Part shown: piece after piece, positions 39,087 to 48,998 of the stretch | How the letters are laid out: each line of letters begins with the position of its first letter | Numbering within the stretch: position 1 is the stretch's first letter | Source: Trueperaceae bacterium | Lineage (GTDB): Bacteria; Deinococcota; Deinococci; Deinococcales; Trueperaceae | Direction of reading: 5' to 3' | DNA: 64,000 nt | NCBI GenBank assembly: GCA_965213925.1 | Contig: OZ243927.1 | Location: 2,784,001 to 2,848,000, forward strand | Translations under genes and position numbers: made by a program | The notes under the pieces: model-generated | Told to the model about the DNA's origin: nothing | The model's input: the letters and a program-made list of their open reading frames with translations, nothing else | Databases searched by the model: none

Positions 39087-40232
39087 ATGGACTTCGCCCT
39101 CTCCGACGACCTCTTGATGATGAGGCGCGCCGTGCGCGACTTTGCTCAGAATGAGATTGCCTCGGTCGCATCGCAGCTCGACAAAAAGCCGTGCTTTCCC
39201 TGGAAGACCTTGCGGCAGATGGGCGAACTGGGGCTCTTAGGGATCACGACGCCGGAGCGCTACGGCGGCTCAGGTTTGGACACACTTTCTTACGCCGTGC
39301 TCTTAGAGGAAATCTCCGCCGCCGACGCCGCCCACGGCACCATTATGAGCGTCACGAACGGGCTGCCCCAAACGATGCTCCTCACCTACGGCACGGACGC
39401 GCAAAAAGAGCGCTATCTCCCTCGTCTCGCCTCGGGCGAATGGATAGGCTCCTTTTGCCTTTCCGAGCCGCATTCAGGCTCGGACGCCGTGGCGATGACG
39501 ACGCGGGCGAAAAAGGTCGAGGGCGGCTACGAACTCTCGGGCACGAAAGCTTGGATCACCTCGGGCGGCGAAGCGCACGTCTATCTCGTGATGGCAAAGA
39601 CCGACCCCGACGCGGGCGCAAGGGGGGTTTCGTGCTTCGTGGTCGAAAAGGGCACGCCGGGCGTGAGCTTCGGTAAGCCGGAAGAAAAGTTGGGTCAGCA
39701 CGCCGCCATCACCACGAGCGTCACCTTTGATGAATGTTTCGTCTCGGATGACGCGCTTCTAGGACCGGAGGGGCAGGGTTTCATCATCGCGATGGCGTCC
39801 CTTGACGGCGGGCGCATCGGCATCGCGGCGCAGGCGGTAGGGATTGCGCGCGCCGCCTTCGAAGCTGCCAGAGATTACGCCAATGAGCGCCAGTCGTTCG
39901 GCAAACCGATCCGGGAGTATCAGGGAATCAGCTTTAAGTTGGCGGACATGGCGACGCGCCTAGACGCCGCGAGGCTCCTCACCCACCGCGCTGCCTGGCT
40001 CAAGGATAGGGGCTTTCGCATGACCCAAGAGGCGTCGATGGCGAAGCTCTTCGCGTCCGAGGCGTCGTCCTTTATCACGCACCAGGCGGTGCAAATTTTT
40101 GGCGGGTACGGCTACTCGAAGGACTATCCGGTGGAGCGCTACTTCCGCGACGCCCGCGTTACCGAAATCTACGAAGGCACCAGCGAAGTGCAGCGCATGG
40201 TCATCGCGCGGCAGATGTATAGAGATAGATGA
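39087..40232 (+). CDS. Acyl-CoA dehydrogenase
   Basis: FCLSEP.SGSD, GTKAWIT and IYEGTSEVQR motifs. Confidence 0.95.
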   Translation: MDFALSDDLLMMRRAVRDFAQNEIASVASQLDKKPCFPWKTLRQMGELGLLGITTPERYGGSGLDTLSYAVLLEEISAADAAHGTIMSVTNGLPQTMLLTYGTDAQKERYLPRLASGEWIGSFCLSEPHSGSDAVAMTTRAKKVEGGYELSGTKAWITSGGEAHVYLVMAKTDPDAGARGVSCFVVEKGTPGVSFGKPEEKLGQHAAITTSVTFDECFVSDDALLGPEGQGFIIAMASLDGGRIGIAAQAVGIARAAFEAARDYANERQSFGKPIREYQGISFKLADMATRLDAARLLTHRAAWLKDRGFRMTQEASMAKLFASEASSFITHQAVQIFGGYGYSKDYPVERYFRDARVTEIYEGTSEVQRMVIARQMYRDR

Positions 40233-40600
40233 GACGAATTATCTACGACAAACACGGGAAGCCGAGGCTTTACGTCACCGGAGCAGGGGTCGTGTATGGG
40301 CTCGACAATCACGTCCGCGGCTTTGTCCAAAACGAACAACTCGCCGACGAGCGCGGCGCGATAAGAGGGTGGTTTGACGGTGACTTCTTGTGGGACGTGG
40401 AAGGCTACCTCGTGGGCTTCGTCAAAGGTGCCAAACCTCCGCAAAGCTTGACGTTACCCAAAACGCGACCGCTCAGGGTCAAACCGCAACCGACGCCCGC
40501 ACTTCTAGCGCCTTTTTTGCAGATGCAACCCAAACCCAAACTTCTCTTCGAGTGGTCCGAGCGGGAGCTTGAAGAGGTGTTCTCGAGTCCCGCGGTTTAA
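40229..40600 (+). CDS. Hypothetical protein, 4-fold beta-flower-like
   Basis: Repeating YD..G / G..RG(W/F) units and a Pro-rich tail. Confidence 0.6.
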   Translation: MRRIIYDKHGKPRLYVTGAGVVYGLDNHVRGFVQNEQLADERGAIRGWFDGDFLWDVEGYLVGFVKGAKPPQSLTLPKTRPLRVKPQPTPALLAPFLQMQPKPKLLFEWSERELEEVFSSPAV

Positions 40601-40610
40601 GGAGTTATCC

Positions 40611-41750
40611 ATGATCAACTTCGCGCTTACAGACGAACAGCGGCAGTTTCAGTCTTTGGCACGTCAGTTCACCAAAGAGGTCATCATCCCCTGCGCGAGC
40701 CAGTACGACCGCGAGGAGCGCTACCCCGAAGAGGTCGTCCACCAGGCGCACGAGTTGGGGCTTCTCAACACCCTCATCCCCGAAGAAAATGGCGGCTTAG
40801 GACTCTCTATGATGGATGAGGTCGTCATCGGCGAAGAACTCGGCTACGGCTGTATGGGCATCTACACGATTCTGATGGCGTCCGAACTCGGGCTCACGCC
40901 GATTTTGCTGGCAGGCACGGACGAGCAGAAAGCGCGCTTTTTAGAACCTCTTTTAGAGGGTCCGAAGCTCGCCGCCTTCGCTCTCTCCGAACCCGACAAC
41001 GGCTCAGACGCTGGCGCGATGAAAACGCGGGCGAAGCTCCAAGGTGACGAGGTCGTCTTGACCGGCAGCAAGATGTGGATTTCGAACGGCGGCTTAGCCG
41101 ACCTCACCGTCGTCTTCGCCTCGCACGCGCCCGAAGAGAAGCACCGGGGCACGCTCGCTATCGTCGTAGAGGGCACGCCCAAGGGGATGAGCCACCAAAA
41201 GATTCACGGCAAGATGGGGCAGCGCGCGAGCTACACCGCCGAAGTCGTGTTCGACAACGTGCGCGTCCCCGCCGCGAACATCCTAGGCGAGCCCGGCGAC
41301 GGCTTCAAAATCTCCATGAAGACGTTGGATAAGACGCGCATCCCCGTCGCGGCGGGCTCGGTGGGCGTGGCGCGGCGGGCATTGGACGAATGCGTGAAAT
41401 ACTCCGCCGAGCGAAACGCCTTCGGCAAGCCCATCAACCGCCTGCAGGCGATTCAGTTCAAGATGGCGGACATGAAAATTGGCATCGAAACCGCGCGTTG
41501 GCAGACCTATCACGCAGCCTGGCTCGTGGACCAGGGGATGCCCCACACCGAAGCCTCCGCCATCGCCAAAGCCTACGCCTCGGACATGGCCTTTGACGCG
41601 GCGAACGAGGCGATTCAGCTTCACGGGGGCTACGGTTACGTGCAGGAATATCCGGTGGAGAAGCTTTTGCGCGACGTGAAGCTCAACCAAATTTATGAGG
41701 GGACGAACGAGATTCAGCGGGTGGTGATTGCGCGGGGGTTGACCTCTTGA
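40611..41750 (+). CDS. Acyl-CoA dehydrogenase
   Basis: FALSEPDNGSD and IYEGTNEIQR motifs; AAGGAG RBS. Confidence 0.95.
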   Translation: MINFALTDEQRQFQSLARQFTKEVIIPCASQYDREERYPEEVVHQAHELGLLNTLIPEENGGLGLSMMDEVVIGEELGYGCMGIYTILMASELGLTPILLAGTDEQKARFLEPLLEGPKLAAFALSEPDNGSDAGAMKTRAKLQGDEVVLTGSKMWISNGGLADLTVVFASHAPEEKHRGTLAIVVEGTPKGMSHQKIHGKMGQRASYTAEVVFDNVRVPAANILGEPGDGFKISMKTLDKTRIPVAAGSVGVARRALDECVKYSAERNAFGKPINRLQAIQFKMADMKIGIETARWQTYHAAWLVDQGMPHTEASAIAKAYASDMAFDAANEAIQLHGGYGYVQEYPVEKLLRDVKLNQIYEGTNEIQRVVIARGLTS

Positions 41751-41770
41751 GTTGGTCGACTTGAAGATGA

Positions 41771-42232
41771 TTGGAAGTCCCTGTAGAGCAGTTTCAAGAC
41801 GTCATGCCTGACTCAGATATAGACATTGTCGGCGTTCCTCCACAAATCGTAGGGAAGCACTGTCAAGCTCTTTTGTGCCAGCAGTATTGGTATCAAGGAA
41901 GGCTCACGGAAGCCGCTCTTAGCACCTTCCTAAAGTTTGAGAATCAGTGGCATCGTCTCTTTCTCGACTTCAATACGATTTTTTGGCGTCCACAAGAGGA
42001 GGAGCCGGAGTCTTGGAATATTCCAGAAAAAGGGTTTGACTATCCGCTTATCAACTTAGGCGGGTTTTTGAAACTCGAGGGAGCTATTTTACTGGACTTC
42101 ACTTCTGAATCCATCGAGGGTGCAATAGGAGTCCGCATCATCTTTACATTCGATGATGGTTACGTCGTAGTTCTTGAAAACAGGAATGACATAACCCATC
42201 TTTTAGTAAGGTCTGCCAATGTTGAAAGGTGA
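41771..42232 (+). CDS. Hypothetical protein (lower GC)
   Basis: 153-aa ORF with no recognised motif. Confidence 0.55.
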   Translation: MEVPVEQFQDVMPDSDIDIVGVPPQIVGKHCQALLCQQYWYQGRLTEAALSTFLKFENQWHRLFLDFNTIFWRPQEEEPESWNIPEKGFDYPLINLGGFLKLEGAILLDFTSESIEGAIGVRIIFTFDDGYVVVLENRNDITHLLVRSANVER

Positions 42233-42338
42233 GAATAAGCTTTAGTTGCTTTCTACACTTTTCGCAATGCGCTCCCGCTTATCTCGAATACAATTCTTCC
42301 GTCAATCCAACGCTCGAGCCTAACTTATACTGCGCTAA

Positions 42339-43103
42339 ATGAACACTAAAGAAATCTTCAACGCCAAAGCCGAGCACTATACCGCCTCCAAAACGAACCC
42401 TTGGGACAAATTACGCTACGACCTTTGGACTGCGAACATAGGGAAACACGCACCAGAGAACGAACTGCGCGTTCTCGACGTGGGCGGTGGTGACGGTCTC
42501 GACAGCGTCATCTGGGCGCGAAGAGGTCACAAAGTTACGCTGCTCGACACCTCATCTAAGATGTTGGAACAGGCTAGAAAGCGAGTCGAGGCTGAGAAAC
42601 TATCACATAGCGTGGTGTTTCTCGAGCAAGACCTCTTGACCCACTCCTCTTTAGATCAGTCTTTCGACCTCGTTCTATGCCACAACCTTCTGCCCTACCT
42701 GGATGATATTGAGGGTCCATTAGAGCGTCTCAAATCCGCTCTTAAACCGGATGGGCTGCTCTCGGTCGTCTGCCTCAACCGCTACTCCGAGCCGTTCCGC
42801 CAAGCGGTGCAGCAACAGGATGTGGAAGCGGCATTACGAACATTGGACGAAACGACCTACACGACGGCAGCTTTTGGCATACCCATCACCCTCTTCACGG
42901 CTGACGAAGTCGTTTTGGCGGCGAACGCGCAAGGGCTCGAGCTTGCCGCTCAGTACGGCGTGCGCTGCGTGAACGACTATATTCCGAATGAGGCGAAAAG
43001 GGATTATGAAGCGGTGTTGAGGCTCGAGCTTGCCCTAACCAACCGCCACCCCTACTACCTCTTGGCGCGGTTTTTTCAACTTATCCTCAAAAGAAAGGGC
43101 TGA
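42339..43103 (+). CDS. Class I SAM-dependent methyltransferase (CmoM/SmtA-like)
   Basis: VLDVGGGDG, FDLVLCHN and YGVR..DY motifs. Confidence 0.85.
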   Translation: MNTKEIFNAKAEHYTASKTNPWDKLRYDLWTANIGKHAPENELRVLDVGGGDGLDSVIWARRGHKVTLLDTSSKMLEQARKRVEAEKLSHSVVFLEQDLLTHSSLDQSFDLVLCHNLLPYLDDIEGPLERLKSALKPDGLLSVVCLNRYSEPFRQAVQQQDVEAALRTLDETTYTTAAFGIPITLFTADEVVLAANAQGLELAAQYGVRCVNDYIPNEAKRDYEAVLRLELALTNRHPYYLLARFFQLILKRKG

Positions 43104-43140
43104 GTTCGCATCTCTCTTAGCCCTTTCACCTTACGACCTA

Positions 43141-43233
43141 CTAACCCGCCGACTCCGCCATCACTTGCGCGTCGAAGACGTAGTCGTTTGCTGCAACCTG
43201 CGTGTGGCAGCTTATGCACCCGGTTGAGGTCGG
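43141..43233 (-). pseudogene. Remnant of a c-type cytochrome (P460-like C-terminus)
   Basis: Translates GCISCHTQVAANDYVF...stop, with an in-frame stop just upstream. Confidence 0.4.
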
Positions 43234-43378
43234 CTAAATAGGTGACGCGCGTGAGCTTTTGGCGGCAGATACTCGCTCAGCTAGGTGCGGCGGCTGAACG
43301 CCCCAGCGCCATAAAATCGGTTAGAATTCAGCATTACCTTGTGGGACGCGCCCCGTCCTACTGATACGAGGATATTGC

Positions 43379-43987
43379 GTGATTAAACACCCCCCCTTTA
43401 GCGCCGCCGAGCCCGACTTTGACGAAACAGCCAACTCACCTGCCGACGACCTGAGCGACCTCATCGCGGCGCTCATCGCGGGGCTCGGGGAGGACGTCTC
43501 GAGAGAGGGGCTCGCAGGCACCCCCCAGCGCGTCGAGCGCTCCTTGCGCCACCTTATGAGCGGCTACCACGCAGACCTAGAGACCGTGATCAACGGCGCG
43601 CTTTTCCAGGCGGAGGGCGCGGAGATGGTCGCCGTCAAGGGGATCGAATTTTATTCGCTCTGCGAACACCACATGTTGCCCTTTTTCGGTCAGGTGCATC
43701 TCGCTTACGTTCCTAACGAAACGATATTGGGGCTCAGCAAGTTCGCGCGCCTCGTCGACGTGTTCGCGCGGCGGATGCAGGTGCAAGAGCGCTTAACGGC
43801 GCAACTCGCGGACGCCCTCGAGGAGATTCTAGCGCCCCAAGGCGTCGCCGTCGTCACCGAGGCGAGCCACCTCTGCATGATGATGCGCGGCGTGGAGAAG
43901 CAGGGCGCACTAACTAGGGCGAGCGTCATGCGCGGTGTGTTCAAAGAGGACACCGAACTCAAAAGGGAGTTTTTGGCGTCCCTTTAG
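43379..43987 (+). CDS. folE: GTP cyclohydrolase I
   Basis: SLCEHHMLPFFG, GLSKFAR, QVQERLT and HLCMMMRGV motifs. Confidence 0.95.
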   Translation: MIKHPPFSAAEPDFDETANSPADDLSDLIAALIAGLGEDVSREGLAGTPQRVERSLRHLMSGYHADLETVINGALFQAEGAEMVAVKGIEFYSLCEHHMLPFFGQVHLAYVPNETILGLSKFARLVDVFARRMQVQERLTAQLADALEEILAPQGVAVVTEASHLCMMMRGVEKQGALTRASVMRGVFKEDTELKREFLASL

Positions 43988-44317
43988 GTCATGGGTCGGC
44001 GTAGCGCGCTAGTATCATTCACAACGAGGAACCCGAGGACGTATCACGTTAGATCATCAGACGCCGCCACCTCTCATTCGCTGGAAGGCTTAAAAACCGC
44101 ATCGGCTCGAAAAGCTGGCTCATCGGTCTCTCCGCCCAGGAGAGGTTGGGCAATCGCGAACTTCATATCCACGTTCTTGCAGACGCGACGCCTGAAGAGG
44201 GACCGAGCGCTAGGGTCGCCATCACCACCTCGCTAGACAATTCCACCAAGTTTTAAGAGGGCTGAGTTTCGATTCGGCTCTCTTTTCCGTTATAGCTGGT
44301 GTATGCTAACATAAGCC

Positions 44318-44551
44318 ATGAAGCGCACAACGATTTACCTAGACCCTGAATTAGAAGTCATGCTCAAGCTCGAGGCGATGCGGCAGCAAAAGCCGATGGC
44401 CGAGGTGATTCGTGAGACGCTGCGGGAGAAGCTGGAGAGACGACCTCGCCCGCAATCTAAATACGTTGGGGCGTTCGACAGTGGACGGACGGATACCGCC
44501 GAACGGCATGAAGAACTTTTAGGCGAATGGGGCTTCGGCGAGGATAGCTAA
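44318..44551 (+). CDS. RHH/CopG-type antitoxin
   Basis: MKRTTIYL...SGRTDTAERHEELL, upstream of a PIN gene. Confidence 0.85.
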   Translation: MKRTTIYLDPELEVMLKLEAMRQQKPMAEVIRETLREKLERRPRPQSKYVGAFDSGRTDTAERHEELLGEWGFGEDS

Positions 44552-44554
44552 AAC

Positions 44555-44959
44555 GTGCCGCTAATCACCGATACGGGTGCGATTTACGCCTTTTATGACC
44601 GTAGAGATAGTTGGCACGAGCGCATGGAAACACTCCTTAACGGAGAAAGTGCGCTTATCTTGCCCTCTGCAACCCTCCCGGAGATAGATTACCTGCTCGG
44701 TAGAGACTTTGGAGCAAAAGGGCGCTTTGCCTTCTACGAAGACATCGAGGCGGGCGTTTATCTCCTCACCGAACTTCCCAGAGAAAGCTACGCGCGGGTA
44801 TTTGACCTTAATAGGCGTTACACCGACCTCAACTTGGGGTTTGTCGACGCGGCTGTTATCGCTACGTCGGAAGCGCTAGGGCTACCTCGCATCGCGACAA
44901 CAGACCGCAGGCACTTTAGCGTCGTAGCAAGAGAAGTGAGGCTCGAGCTGCTGCCCTAA
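44555..44959 (+). CDS. vapC: PIN-domain toxin (VapC)
   Basis: ITDTG...E...LGFVDA...ATTDRRHF. Confidence 0.88.
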   Translation: MPLITDTGAIYAFYDRRDSWHERMETLLNGESALILPSATLPEIDYLLGRDFGAKGRFAFYEDIEAGVYLLTELPRESYARVFDLNRRYTDLNLGFVDAAVIATSEALGLPRIATTDRRHFSVVAREVRLELLP

Positions 44960-44970
44960 CATTAAAAAGG

Positions 44971-45742
44971 GGTAGTGGTCGCACCTCGAATGCTACAATA
45001 AAGGAATGGTAACGAAGATAGTAACCTGCCGTCACTGCAACAGCGAGAACATTGTCAAGAATGGGATAGCCCCGAATGGCAAACAGAAGTATAGGTGCAA
45101 GGACTGTAAGAAACAGAGCCGCGAAGACCCGAGTCCGAATGGCTACACCGAGCCGCGTAAAGAGGAGATTCTCGGTGCCTATGAGGAGCGTTCAAGTCTG
45201 AGAGGGCTGGAGCGCACCTTCGGGGTGGCGCGTAGTACCGTAAGCCGCTGGCTCAAAAAAAACGAAGAAGGCTTCCCGCACTGAAAGACACCCTCGTCCG
45301 ATTCGATGTTCCTCAGCGCGTGGAGCTAGAGCTTGATGAGATGTGGTCGTTTGTGCAGAGGAAAAGCAAGAAACGCTGGATTTGGATCGCGTTATGTAAA
45401 CAGACCCGTCAGGTGGTCGCTTGTGTCATTGGCGGGCGTGGCGCGGCTACCTGCAAACAACTTTGGAAGGGCATTCCTGACAACTATAAACAAGGTCTCT
45501 GCTACAGCGACTTCTGGGAAGCCTACCAGAGCGTGCTCCCAGATGAACACCATCAAGCTGTGAGTAAAGCAAGCGGTCTCACCTCACACGTTGAACGTTT
45601 CAACAACACACTCAGGCAACGTCTTGCTCGCTTCGTGCGCAAGACGTTAGCCTTCTCCAAGTCTGAGCGTATGCACCTTATCTGCTTACACCGTTTCCTC
45701 GTGCGTTACAACCTAGATATCATTCGGGATTGAACCACTACC
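44971..45742 (+). mobile_element. IS1-family insertion sequence (772 bp)
   Basis: Ends GGTAGTGGT / ACCACTACC; 8-bp direct repeat TAAAAAGG at 44963-44970 and 45743-45750. Confidence 0.92.
45006..45733 (+). CDS. IS1 transposase InsAB, expressed by -1 programmed frameshift
   Basis: InsA zinc ribbon CRHC..YRCKDC (45006-45284); A8C slippery run at 45255-45263; InsB DEMWSFV..SDFWEAY..VERFNNTLR in the -1 frame. Confidence 0.9.
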
Positions 45743-45777
45743 TAAAAAGGTTGGACCGCTCAGCTTATCAAGCTTTT

Positions 45778-48700
45778 TCACTTAGCAACCTGCGCGTAAT
45801 GCGCGTCTAGCTCAATCCCTATATCTAAAAGCGCCACGATTCGCTGTACGATTTCACCCAGCCACTGCGCGTCCTCTAGCTCCAAAACCATATCTTTGCG
45901 GTAGCCGAGCCACTTCGAGAGGACAGGGTAGCCGCCGAGCGTATACGTCCACACCTCTTTGGGCACATTCTCGAGCCACAACGCATCACTCAGATAGAGC
46001 TTTCCCTCTTTCCAAGCAGGTTTGACTACCCTAAGTTCTTCGGGAAGGTTTTCGTTAAATCGCCCTAGTGTTTCATAAGGCGCAAGTAGCGCACTTGCGT
46101 CGCTCAGCGGGTCGAGAAGCCGCGCCACCTTTCCACCGAGTTCCGCGCCCGCCTCCAACCCCGTTTTATCCTCGGGTAGCGGGATACGCGGCCAGTCCTC
46201 CGCCAAGTATTCTGCGTGGTCCTCGCGGTAGGTGGGCGCGTGCATCACGGCGAGCGTATGGTAAAAAAGCGCCTCGGAAAGCCCAAACGCCTCTTCGGTA
46301 GGTTTGCCCGCCGCGTCCTTGACGCAGCCATAGCGCGACAGCACAGGCTCAGGTTTAGGAGGCCGTTTACAGTCCTGTTTTTCCTTAGGCAGTTTGAGCA
46401 GTTTGTTCTTGACGAGTTCGTCATAGAAGTCTGAGACGTTGGGGAGGTATTGGTAGTCGTCACTGTTGTCGAAGAGTCCAGCTTGTCCGCCCTCAATGGG
46501 ATGATAGCGAAGTTTGAGAGGTAAAGCGTCGGCATCGGGATCAATCAAGTGGAGATCAATCAAGCCTTGATCAAATAAAGGTGCATCGTAACCACGACGC
46601 ATAGTTTGAGATACGCTGATAAACTTATTGTCTTCAAATACTTGCGAAAAGAACTCTTTACGCTTTTCATTGAGCAGTTTTCCTTCTTCTTCCCAGTACA
46701 AAAAGCGTTTATCAAATGGACGATAGTGATAGTTGACGATTCGCTCTTCACGATATTGGGATTTCTCGAGCAGAAGTTGGCGATTAGCAACTGGAGTATA
46801 GCGGGCAGCCTTCTTCATTAAAACAGGATTGAGCTTATCTAATTCCTTTTGTGTAACTAACGGGTCATAATATTTCTGCATAAGCTCTTCTAACGTTTTT
46901 GCTTTGAAAGCTATAACAGCTTTATCACGGTTCGTGTTTACACCATCGAAACTTACAGGAAAAATCTCTTCTAGGTTGGTCCATGTCCAATAGGCGTCTT
47001 CTCCAACAAGCGGACGCAAGAGGTAGCGGTGTTGCCTTTCGGGTTGAAAACTTTCGCTAAAAGGTTGTGCTTGGGCAGCGAGCGCAGCCCTCTTCCCTTT
47101 GCCCGTGCCTTCTCGATATTCGCGGTAGTGAACTTTAGCGGTGTCTTTATCCGGTTTGCTGCTTACAAGATGAGCAATGGCAATGCCTACGCGAACGCCG
47201 CCCGCTGTCTCGGTTGTAAACACGCTGCCGTTATTTGCGCGGTTTGAGCGTTGCGAGCCGTGCAGGTCGTCAATATAGATGCTTGAAAAGTTCTCTACAA
47301 GATGTTGGCGCATGACGGGATGTGACAAACCCGTTAGGTACGAGCGGTTCGTGATGTACGAAACGATACCTTCACCCTGATTCTCTGCGATTTGTCTTTC
47401 TGCTAGTCGGATGAAGCGGATATAGAGGTCGTCCAGCGTTTGCTTTTTGACGCCCCAAGACTGTTGCAAACATTGTTTGTAAGGTGCAATGAGGTCAGCT
47501 TGCTCGTTTTCCGCCACGCCCGAAAAACGGTCATAAGGCGGGTTGCCGATAAAGACCAGAATTTTCTCTTGCCGCTTGACGTTGTCCGCCGCCTCTTTCT
47601 CCTTGGCAAACTGCGGCCAAATCGGGGTCACGTCCTCCTTAGCATCCTTTTTCCACCCGAGCAGGCTATTTGTGAGGTAAACGCCGACGCGCTCCCCCTC
47701 GCCAAGCGCTGTACCTGCCTCTGCGAGCAAAAGCCCGAGTTGTAAGTGGGCGATAACGAAGGGTGCGGGCAGTAGTTCAAAGCCGAAGATGCGCTCTTGA
47801 AAGGCTTTTTTGACGATGCGCCCGCGCAAGGGGTTGTTGGCAAGGCGCTCGAGCATAAACTTGCCGATTTCAACCAGGTAGGACCCCGTCCCCGTCGCAG
47901 GGTCGAGCACCACCACGCGCTCGTCCATCAGCCCTTTAGCGATGTCGAGTTCGTCTTTGAGGAGTTGGTCGGTCTTCTCCACCTGATAGCGGACGATTTC
48001 ACGCGGCGTGTACCAGACGCCTAAGTCCTTGCGGAGTTGCTTGTCGAACTTCTCCAGAAAAGGTTCGTAGAAATACTGAACGGCTTGCCCTTCGTCAAAG
48101 GCTTTGAGAAACGCATCGGGGTCAACGCGCTTGAGAGCGTCTACAGCCCAGTCAATCGGGGTTTTAAGCTCGAGGTTTTTAAGTCTTCTCGGTTGCGTCA
48201 CCTCTTCGAAAAGGTCAACGACGAGCGGAACCTTGAGGTATTCGGACGCTTCGTAGAGCGTTAGCTTGTCCCCTTTACCTTGCTTAGCCGCTTCTACCCA
48301 AGCACTGAAGAGCCCGTAAAAGAGCGCTTGAACGACGCCGCTTCTAAAGAACTTTTCCCCCGCCTTGTCCTTAATCCTGATACCGAGTGCCTCCTCCATC
48401 GCTTTACGCAGTGGGGCGAGACTATCCTTCTCGGCAGCCTCGAGGCGATTGAGGGCGTCCTTGGCGTATTCAGAGAGGCGTTCGGCGAGCGCTTCAGGCT
48501 TGGTGATAGGCGTGCGCAGCTTGGTCCAGAGGTTGAGCAACTCGAGCAGCTTGGTCTCATGAGTGCTGACTACCTGGTCAAGCGGCGCATTGAGAAAGTC
48601 GTTCTGCGCAATTTCGTAGCGCTGCACCTCTTGGCTTTGATCAATAATCCAAAATTCGTAGAAGTTAGTGAGCAGCGTAGGCGCTTCTTTTGAGTAGCGT

Positions 48701-48963
48701 TGTGCTTGTTCTAAACCGTGTTTATTTTTGCTGAGCGGTGTTTTGAGCGCCTCGGCCTCGACGTATCCTTCAAAGACGTTGCTGACGCTTATGCCAATAT
48801 CAGGTAGACCTTGATGGTTACCTTTCGGCCAAGAGGTAACGTCAACCTCTTCAAGGGCAGCCTGAAGGAAATTCTTCAGCTCTGGAACGTAGCTGTTTTC
48901 GGGCGTTCCGGTATCGTTGCTGTAAATTTTTCTAACGGCGCTCAGGTAAGTTTTGAAGGACAC
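45778..48963 (-). CDS. Type ISP/IIG-like restriction-modification protein (N6-adenine MTase plus C-terminal specificity domain, no helicase)
   Basis: FYEPFL..GVWYTP, VLDPATGTGSYL, GNPPY, YRPFD and W.YTLGGYPVL.KWL.YR motifs. Confidence 0.85.
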   Translation of the reverse strand: MSFKTYLSAVRKIYSNDTGTPENSYVPELKNFLQAALEEVDVTSWPKGNHQGLPDIGISVSNVFEGYVEAEALKTPLSKNKHGLEQAQRYSKEAPTLLTNFYEFWIIDQSQEVQRYEIAQNDFLNAPLDQVVSTHETKLLELLNLWTKLRTPITKPEALAERLSEYAKDALNRLEAAEKDSLAPLRKAMEEALGIRIKDKAGEKFFRSGVVQALFYGLFSAWVEAAKQGKGDKLTLYEASEYLKVPLVVDLFEEVTQPRRLKNLELKTPIDWAVDALKRVDPDAFLKAFDEGQAVQYFYEPFLEKFDKQLRKDLGVWYTPREIVRYQVEKTDQLLKDELDIAKGLMDERVVVLDPATGTGSYLVEIGKFMLERLANNPLRGRIVKKAFQERIFGFELLPAPFVIAHLQLGLLLAEAGTALGEGERVGVYLTNSLLGWKKDAKEDVTPIWPQFAKEKEAADNVKRQEKILVFIGNPPYDRFSGVAENEQADLIAPYKQCLQQSWGVKKQTLDDLYIRFIRLAERQIAENQGEGIVSYITNRSYLTGLSHPVMRQHLVENFSSIYIDDLHGSQRSNRANNGSVFTTETAGGVRVGIAIAHLVSSKPDKDTAKVHYREYREGTGKGKRAALAAQAQPFSESFQPERQHRYLLRPLVGEDAYWTWTNLEEIFPVSFDGVNTNRDKAVIAFKAKTLEELMQKYYDPLVTQKELDKLNPVLMKKAARYTPVANRQLLLEKSQYREERIVNYHYRPFDKRFLYWEEEGKLLNEKRKEFFSQVFEDNKFISVSQTMRRGYDAPLFDQGLIDLHLIDPDADALPLKLRYHPIEGGQAGLFDNSDDYQYLPNVSDFYDELVKNKLLKLPKEKQDCKRPPKPEPVLSRYGCVKDAAGKPTEEAFGLSEALFYHTLAVMHAPTYREDHAEYLAEDWPRIPLPEDKTGLEAGAELGGKVARLLDPLSDASALLAPYETLGRFNENLPEELRVVKPAWKEGKLYLSDALWLENVPKEVWTYTLGGYPVLSKWLGYRKDMVLELEDAQWLGEIVQRIVALLDIGIELDAHYAQVAK

Positions 48964-48998
48964 AGGCTATGTTACCTGACGCTCATAAGAAACGTAAA

